Shown here: piece by piece, positions 57,241-61,783 of the stretch | Position numbering within the stretch: the stretch's first letter is position 1 | Layout of the letters: each line of letters begins with the position of its first letter | Assembly (NCBI GenBank): GCA_036833965.1 | Contig: DAITOW010000001.1 | Span: forward strand, 1 to 61,783 | Reading direction: 5' to 3' | DNA length: 61,783 nucleotides | From: Oleiphilaceae bacterium | Lineage (GTDB): Bacteria; Pseudomonadota; Gammaproteobacteria; Pseudomonadales; Oleiphilaceae | Position numbers and translations under genes: made by a program | Notes under the pieces: model-generated | Databases searched by the model: none | What the model was told of the DNA's origin: nothing | What the model saw: the letters and a program-made list of their open reading frames with translations, nothing else

Positions 57241-57420
57241 TTACTCGTGAATGTTTTGATGCTCATACATAAGATAATTGACCCGTAATGCCTCCTCTGG
57301 AGTCATTTCCCACGCTGATTTCCTAATTGTGGTAGCTAATTTCTGTTTAAAACGCGGCGCCTTTTGCTGCGGTGTTTGCTGCGCCGGTTTTTGCTTTCGA
57401 GGTCTTGTCTGTGTGAGCAT
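57241..57420 (-). CDS. Small basic hypothetical protein (59 aa), below the ORF-track cutoff
   Basis: Hand translation gives MLTQTRPRKQKPAQQTPQQKAPRFKQKLATTIRKSAWEMTPEEALRVNYLMYEHQNIHE. The stop lies 3 nt before the tesB ATG. Weak RBS. Confidence 0.35.
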   Translation of the reverse strand: MLTQTRPRKQKPAQQTPQQKAPRFKQKLATTIRKSAWEMTPEEALRVNYLMYEHQNIHE

Positions 57421-57523
57421 GGCTTTGGCCTGACATGACGAGTGCTAATTATTATTTGCACTAATTATGTCAGAGCCTTATTGATAAAAACATGGATATA
57501 CAAGAACTTAACTAAATCTTAAA

Positions 57524-58669
57524 TTATCCGTGAATCGGTGGAGCCAGCTTGGAAAGCGCTTGCTTTTCCTTGGTCATATCGCCAGTTAAAGCAAAGCCAA
57601 GAATATCGCCATTCGCATTTTTGAAAACGCTCTTTGAATTAAAGCCATCTGACTCACTAGTCCACTCTCCATCGTTCGAATTGGGAGGAAGAACGACCAC
57701 CGGGCAAGCTGGTGTCTTCACCATCACCGGCATCACTCCATAGTTTAGCTCGGTAGAGTTGCCGTTGAGTGTTTTTGCCAAGGCCTTCGCACCTGCCATA
57801 AGCGGTAAAACATAAAGCAGGACATGGCCGTCGACTTCAGCACAGTCACCGATACTGAATACATCTTTGGCAGAGGTCTCAAGCGTTCGGTCACAGACGA
57901 TACCTTTGTTCACGGCAATTCCAGCCGCTTCTGCGAGCCCGGAATTCGGTTTGAGGCCAATCGCACTGATGACGAGATCGGCCTGAATTTTTTCGCCGCT
58001 CTCCAGCGCGATCACCACATTTTCATTCTGTTCTTCGATGGCAACCACGGTTTGGCCCAGATGCAGATTTATTCCAGCATCTGAAAGTGCCTGCGTAACG
58101 CATTTTGAGGCCTCTGCAGGTAGCAAGGCATCAAGCACTTCATTACCAGGGCCAATCAGGTCAATCTCGAAATCGCCGTTTAACAGGTCATTGGCGTATT
58201 CACAGCCAATCAAACCAGTACCGATAATGGCAATGCGTTTGAGTCCGGCGCACTTTTCCCGAAAATTGCTGTAATCGTTCAAGTCATTGATGGAACAAAC
58301 ACGGCTCGTATCGGCAGGTAAAAAGGGCAGAACATGAACTTGGGCACCTGTCGCAAGAACCAATTTTTCGTAGCGAACCGAAGTGCCATCGACCAAGAGT
58401 TCCTTAGTCGCCGTATCAAGCGCTTCGACTTTCGCATGGGTTCGAATCGACATGTTTAACTGCTCTGACATGTCTGCGGCACTTGCCATAGCAAGCTCGG
58501 CTGCCGTTTTTGATTTTGCGAAACCCGTCGAAAGCATGGGTTTGGAGTAGGAAGTTCCATCGTCCTGGGTAATCATTAACAGCGGTGCTTCGCTATTAAG
58601 CTTGCGGAACTCGCGCGCTACGGCGTAGCCGGCCATTCCAGAGCCTATAATGACAATCGGGTCGCTCAT
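57524..58669 (-). CDS. Rubredoxin--NAD(+) reductase (FAD pyridine nucleotide-disulfide oxidoreductase)
   Basis: IVIIGSGMAGY and IAIIGTGLIGCE dinucleotide motifs. The start overlaps the rubredoxin stop by 1 nt. Confidence 0.8.
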   Translation of the reverse strand: MSDPIVIIGSGMAGYAVAREFRKLNSEAPLLMITQDDGTSYSKPMLSTGFAKSKTAAELAMASAADMSEQLNMSIRTHAKVEALDTATKELLVDGTSVRYEKLVLATGAQVHVLPFLPADTSRVCSINDLNDYSNFREKCAGLKRIAIIGTGLIGCEYANDLLNGDFEIDLIGPGNEVLDALLPAEASKCVTQALSDAGINLHLGQTVVAIEEQNENVVIALESGEKIQADLVISAIGLKPNSGLAEAAGIAVNKGIVCDRTLETSAKDVFSIGDCAEVDGHVLLYVLPLMAGAKALAKTLNGNSTELNYGVMPVMVKTPACPVVVLPPNSNDGEWTSESDGFNSKSVFKNANGDILGFALTGDMTKEKQALSKLAPPIHG

Positions 58670-58833
58670 TAAATTTCAACCATTTCGAAGTCTTCTTTGC
58701 CGACACCGCAGTCAGGACATTCCCAATCTTCAGGGACATCTTCCCATTTTGTTCCCGGTGCGATGTTGTCATCTGGCCAACCCTCGGCTTCGTCATAAAT
58801 TAAACCGCAGACAACACATTGCCACTTCTTCAT
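58669..58833 (-). CDS. Rubredoxin (54 aa), below the ORF-track cutoff
   Basis: Hand translation gives [54 protein letters not shown], with two CxxCG knuckles. RBS GAGAGG. Confidence 0.9.
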   Translation of the reverse strand: MKKWQCVVCGLIYDEAEGWPDDNIAPGTKWEDVPEDWECPDCGVGKEDFEMVEI

Positions 58834-59029
58834 ACTTACCTCTCGTTTTAGATTCGCACACAGTTAAGCCACTGTAATTCCGTGCAGATAGGCGCATTAA
58901 TGTAACCAATCAGGCTAAGCCGCTCAATGAAATATTATACGCTTGGTTTATTTAAGCGGCCTTCGTTATACTCCTCGGCAAACCAGAAGGGCTTTCGATC
59001 TCCGGTAAGAATGCCTGATTATCAAACCT

Positions 59030-59554
59030 TTGCAGGGTGAGTTTTTGCAAAAGCCACATACAAACTGGCATGCCTATCGCCGAGTACCCGCATCATTTAT
59101 GCCGCGATCATGGCAAGAATGGGTTCTGGATAGAGGCTCCCTGACAAAAAGACTGCAGCAAGCATCGCACGGTGACTTTTATGTGCGGGTGAATAGGCAA
59201 ATGATTAGTTTGCCCTCACTCAGTGAGCGTAAAGCGTTAAAACTTGGCATGGGTCGACATGCGCTTGTGCGAGAAGTAGAGCTGGTATGTCATGGTGAGG
59301 TTTGGGTCAAGGCGCGAAGTGTTATTCCCCTGTCCACCTTAAGTGGCGAAGAAAGGCAGCTAAGGTCTTTGGGTTCAAAGCCTCTAGGTGCATTTTTATT
59401 TGCCTCGCGCTCGATGAAGAGAGAACAGCTTGAAATAAGTTGTTATACCGATCGAGCCGGCGCTTCGTTTGCCCGACGTTCTATTTTTAAATTGCATGGC
59501 AAGCCCCTGTTGGTGGTTGAGCATTTTTGCAATTCGGTGATTTGCGAGTGTTAA
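59030..59554 (+). CDS. ubiC: Chorismate pyruvate-lyase
   Basis: The DRGSLTKRL motif region and its position directly upstream of ubiA. Start uncertain (TTG 59030 or ATG 59099). Confidence 0.7.
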   Translation: MQGEFLQKPHTNWHAYRRVPASFMPRSWQEWVLDRGSLTKRLQQASHGDFYVRVNRQMISLPSLSERKALKLGMGRHALVREVELVCHGEVWVKARSVIPLSTLSGEERQLRSLGSKPLGAFLFASRSMKREQLEISCYTDRAGASFARRSIFKLHGKPLLVVEHFCNSVICEC

Positions 59555-59585
59555 GAAGCGAATGCCATATTCGGGATGAGTGAAC

Positions 59586-60485
59586 ATGAAAGATAAGCCT
59601 CAAGAGTGGGCGATGGACTCAGAAAATAAAGCCGGCAAAGCGATGGAGTTTTTGCGTCTGGCTCGCTTTGACAAGCCAATCGGAACGTTTCTAGTGTTGT
59701 GGCCAGCACTATGGGCATTGTGGATCGCCAGTGAAGGCTTGCCGAGTATGAAGCACCTGATCATCTTTATATTAGGTGCTGTAGTAATGCGTGCAGCCGG
59801 ATGTGTGATTAATGATATTGCCGATCGTAATATCGATGGGCATGTTGAGCGTACCAAAGCGCGACCACTAGCGCGCGGAGCGTTAAGCGTCAAAGAGGCT
59901 CTCGGCTTTTTTGTGATTCTGTGTTGTATGGCATTGGGTCTGGTTCTTTGTTTAAACCAGTACGCTATTTTTTGGTCTTTTGGCGCGCTCGCATTGGCCT
60001 GTATTTACCCGTTTATGAAACGACACACTTTTCTTCCGCAGGTATTTCTTGGTGCTGCATTTGCCTGGTCAATTCCAATGGCTTTTGCTGCGGTTCAGGA
60101 AACTGTGCCTGCACTGGCCTGGATCATATTTACAGCAACGCTGCTCTGGACGGTTGCCTACGACACGATCTACGCCATGATCGATCGGGACGACGATCTT
60201 AAAATTGGCGTTAAGTCCACGGCAATTCTCTTTGGCTCAGCAGATCGCGCGATTATTGCGTCTTTGCAGGTGCTTTTTGTCCTGGCACTTTGTTTGGTTG
60301 GAGATCAGCTAAACTTAGGTAGTTTCTATTTTCTCTCGGTGGTAGTTGCTTCGGTTTTATTGGTGTATCAGCAGCATTTGATTCGTCTGCGCTACAAGGA
60401 GGACTGTTTTAGGGCTTTCCTTAACAATAACCATGTTGGAATGGTTATATTGGTTGGCATCGTGTTTGATTACGCGGTCCGATAA
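59586..60485 (+). CDS. ubiA: 4-hydroxybenzoate polyprenyltransferase
   Basis: UbiA prenyltransferase motifs NDIADRNIDGHVERTKARPLA and YDTIYAMIDRDDDLKIG; about 9 TM helices. GTG 59580 is an alternative start. Confidence 0.9.
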   Translation: MKDKPQEWAMDSENKAGKAMEFLRLARFDKPIGTFLVLWPALWALWIASEGLPSMKHLIIFILGAVVMRAAGCVINDIADRNIDGHVERTKARPLARGALSVKEALGFFVILCCMALGLVLCLNQYAIFWSFGALALACIYPFMKRHTFLPQVFLGAAFAWSIPMAFAAVQETVPALAWIIFTATLLWTVAYDTIYAMIDRDDDLKIGVKSTAILFGSADRAIIASLQVLFVLALCLVGDQLNLGSFYFLSVVVASVLLVYQQHLIRLRYKEDCFRAFLNNNHVGMVILVGIVFDYAVR

Positions 60486-60508
60486 GGCCTTGCATCCCAA
60501 TTTCGGAG

Positions 60509-60527
60509 TTGTCATATATCTGTAACA
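60509..60527 (+). promoter_or_regulatory. Pho box upstream of phoB
   Basis: TTGTCATATATCTGTAACA versus the consensus CTGTCATA(A/T)A(T/A)CTGTCA(C/T): two 7-bp direct repeats spaced 11 bp, ~80 bp upstream of the phoB ATG. Confidence 0.7.
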
Positions 60528-60606
60528 AGCTTTTTATGTAATAGCACATATTCAGCATACTGACCCGAGCGTTCTTGGGTGAGCATTAACCTACGGGAAA
60601 AGGTAA

Positions 60607-61302
60607 ATGTCAGATAAAAAGATTCTTATTGTTGACGACGAAGCGCCTATTCGAGAGATGATTGCCGTTGCATTGGAAATGGCAGGTTACGAATGCTTGG
60701 AAGCAGACAATGCGCGAGATGCGTATACCTGTATCGTTGATCAAAGGCCGGATATGGTCTTACTTGATTGGATGCTCCCGGAAACAAGTGGTATTGAGCT
60801 GGCCAGACGTTTAAAACGGGATGACGCCACTGCAGATATTCCAATCATCATGATCACAGCGAAGACCGAGGAAGACAACAAAATTCAGGGTCTTGAGGTT
60901 GGTGCGGATGATTACATCACCAAACCGTTCTCCCCCCGAGAGCTTGTTGCCCGTCTAAAGGCTGTCCTGAGAAGGGCGACCCCACAAGGCATTGAGACAG
61001 CCATTGATGTCAATGGTTTGGAGCTTGACCCCGTGTGTCATCGAGTGACCTCAAATGGCAGGGAAGTGTCTATGGGGCCAACCGAATACAAACTGTTGCA
61101 GTTTTTTATGACACATCAGGATCGCGTCTACACCAGAGCACAGTTGCTAGATTTGGTTTGGGGCGGTAATGTCTACGTTGAAGAGCGAACTGTTGATGTG
61201 CATATTCGCCGCTTGCGAAAGGCTTTAGGTGACGCGCATGATTATTTGGTACAAACCGTCCGTGGAACGGGCTATCGGTTTTCTACCAAAACAGCTCATT
61301 AA
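60607..61302 (+). CDS. phoB: Phosphate regulon response regulator
   Basis: ILIVDDEAPIREM, LLDWMLP, and an OmpR/PhoB winged helix ending VRGTGYRFS. phoR follows. Confidence 0.92.
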   Translation: MSDKKILIVDDEAPIREMIAVALEMAGYECLEADNARDAYTCIVDQRPDMVLLDWMLPETSGIELARRLKRDDATADIPIIMITAKTEEDNKIQGLEVGADDYITKPFSPRELVARLKAVLRRATPQGIETAIDVNGLELDPVCHRVTSNGREVSMGPTEYKLLQFFMTHQDRVYTRAQLLDLVWGGNVYVEERTVDVHIRRLRKALGDAHDYLVQTVRGTGYRFSTKTAH

Positions 61303-61352
61303 TTCGCTAGAATACGACGATTAACAGTCAAGTTCTCGAGGATAGGAACCCG

Positions 61353-61783
61353 ATGCACAAGAGAGCTTCCGAGCATCTGCGCTTTATGATTTGGGTTTTA
61401 CTGATTGCGGTGCTCTTCGGTCTGTTGATTGATGAGCTCCTAATCGTGTTGCTGTTGTCGCTCTCTGTCTATCTGGTCTGGACGGTTCGTCAGGCTTTGC
61501 GTCTCCACACCTGGCTTTATTCATCCAATAAAGAAGAAAACATCCCCGAGAGTTATGGTCTTTGGGGCGATCTTTTTGAAGGTTTGTATCATAGCCAGCA
61601 GCAAAATCTTAAAGCCCGTGATCGTTTGAGCCGAATGATCAACCGAGTCCGTTCCTCTGCGAATGCGCTGAAGGATGGTGTTGTGATGACCAACGAAATT
61701 GGTCAGCTCGATTGGTGGAACGAGGCGGCATCTCTTTTGCTTGGATTTGATGAGCGAACGGATCAAGCCCAGCTGATTACAAA
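61353..61783 (+). CDS. phoR: Phosphate regulon sensor histidine kinase, 3'-truncated by the window edge
   Basis: ATG 61353; the ORF runs off the window so it is absent from the ORF track. Hand translation gives MHKRASEHLRFMIWVLLIAVLFGLL...PESYGLWGDLFEGLYHSQQQ..., the typical PhoR N-terminal TM plus charged region. Confidence 0.8.
   Translation, partial: MHKRASEHLRFMIWVLLIAVLFGLLIDELLIVLLLSLSVYLVWTVRQALRLHTWLYSSNKEENIPESYGLWGDLFEGLYHSQQQNLKARDRLSRMINRVRSSANALKDGVVMTNEIGQLDWWNEAASLLLGFDERTDQAQLIT

Noticed and set aside
58834-59029. GCCGCT...AGCGGC inverted repeat in the rubredoxin-ubiC divergent spacer as a regulatory hairpin or sRNA.
   Set aside because: It has a 6-bp stem with a ~33-nt loop, no flanking T-run and no supporting promoter signal, so it is consistent with chance.
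1-61783. Window-wide look for mobile elements, CRISPR arrays, tRNA/rRNA genes, prophage or defence-island hallmarks, and repeated REP-like palindromes.
   Set aside because: I found no transposase, integrase or recombinase-like ORFs, no direct-repeat arrays and no cloverleaf-like segments in spacers. The intergenic palindromes are all different and behave as ordinary terminators. The window reads as conserved core genome.

Overview
This 61.8-kb window looks like ordinary chromosomal core genome from a moderate-GC gammaproteobacterium. Several gene-order blocks match Pseudomonas as I recall it: dksA-gluQ-cbrB-like-pcnB-folK-panBC-pgi, yggT-metXW-DUF4426-rdgB-hemW, rubredoxin/reductase, and ubiCA-phoBR. 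I saw no transposase, integrase, phage gene, CRISPR array, tRNA/rRNA, toxin-antitoxin pair or recognisable defence system, so I do not claim a novel multi-gene system.

Gene content, left to right:
- 1-3.9 kb: potGHI-potF putrescine ABC importer.
- 3.9-20.3 kb: a large polyamine/agmatine/beta-alanine catabolic supercluster. It holds 3 PuuB/PauB-like FAD oxidoreductases, 2 PuuA/PauA-like glutamine-synthetase homologues, speB, ald plus an Lrp regulator, beta-alanine:pyruvate transaminase, mmsA, a PuuC-like aldehyde dehydrogenase, a cupin, puuR and an alpha/beta hydrolase.
- 20.5-24.7 kb: aapJQMP-type general amino-acid ABC transporter.
- 25-35.5 kb: housekeeping genes mobA, trxA, ppx, tsaD, folB, two folK-type genes, an mgtC-family gene, pgi, panCB and pcnB.
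- 36.2-39 kb: a sigma-54 response regulator (CbrB-like), gluQ and dksA.
- 39-50.8 kb: Rieske protein, CheY-like receiver, yggT, a dynamin-like GTPase, metXW, rdgB, hemW, hemL, thiE, hemJ and a ClC channel.
- 51-61.8 kb: argC, a coiled-coil/bactofilin pair, erpA, tmcA, tesB, rubredoxin plus reductase, ubiCA, phoB and the 5' part of phoR.

Signals most worth follow-up:
1. The ~705-bp ORF-free gap between the CbrB-like regulator and pcnB. On the minus strand it carries a well-spaced -24/-12 sigma-54 promoter, upstream GTAAC/GTTAC repeats and at least five A-rich ARN-repeat blocks. This suggests a CrcZ-type Hfq/Crc sponge sRNA, possibly a divergent family member.
2. The regulator has no adjacent CbrA-type kinase.
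3. Near-perfect PuuR-box operators lie in the divergent promoters of the polyamine cluster.
4. No PuuD/PauD-type hydrolase is present anywhere in the cluster.
5. Several small ORFs fall below the ORF-track cutoff: a rubredoxin, a 53-aa membrane peptide and a 59-aa basic peptide.

All functional calls rest on motif and sequence recall and on gene context. No database search was run.
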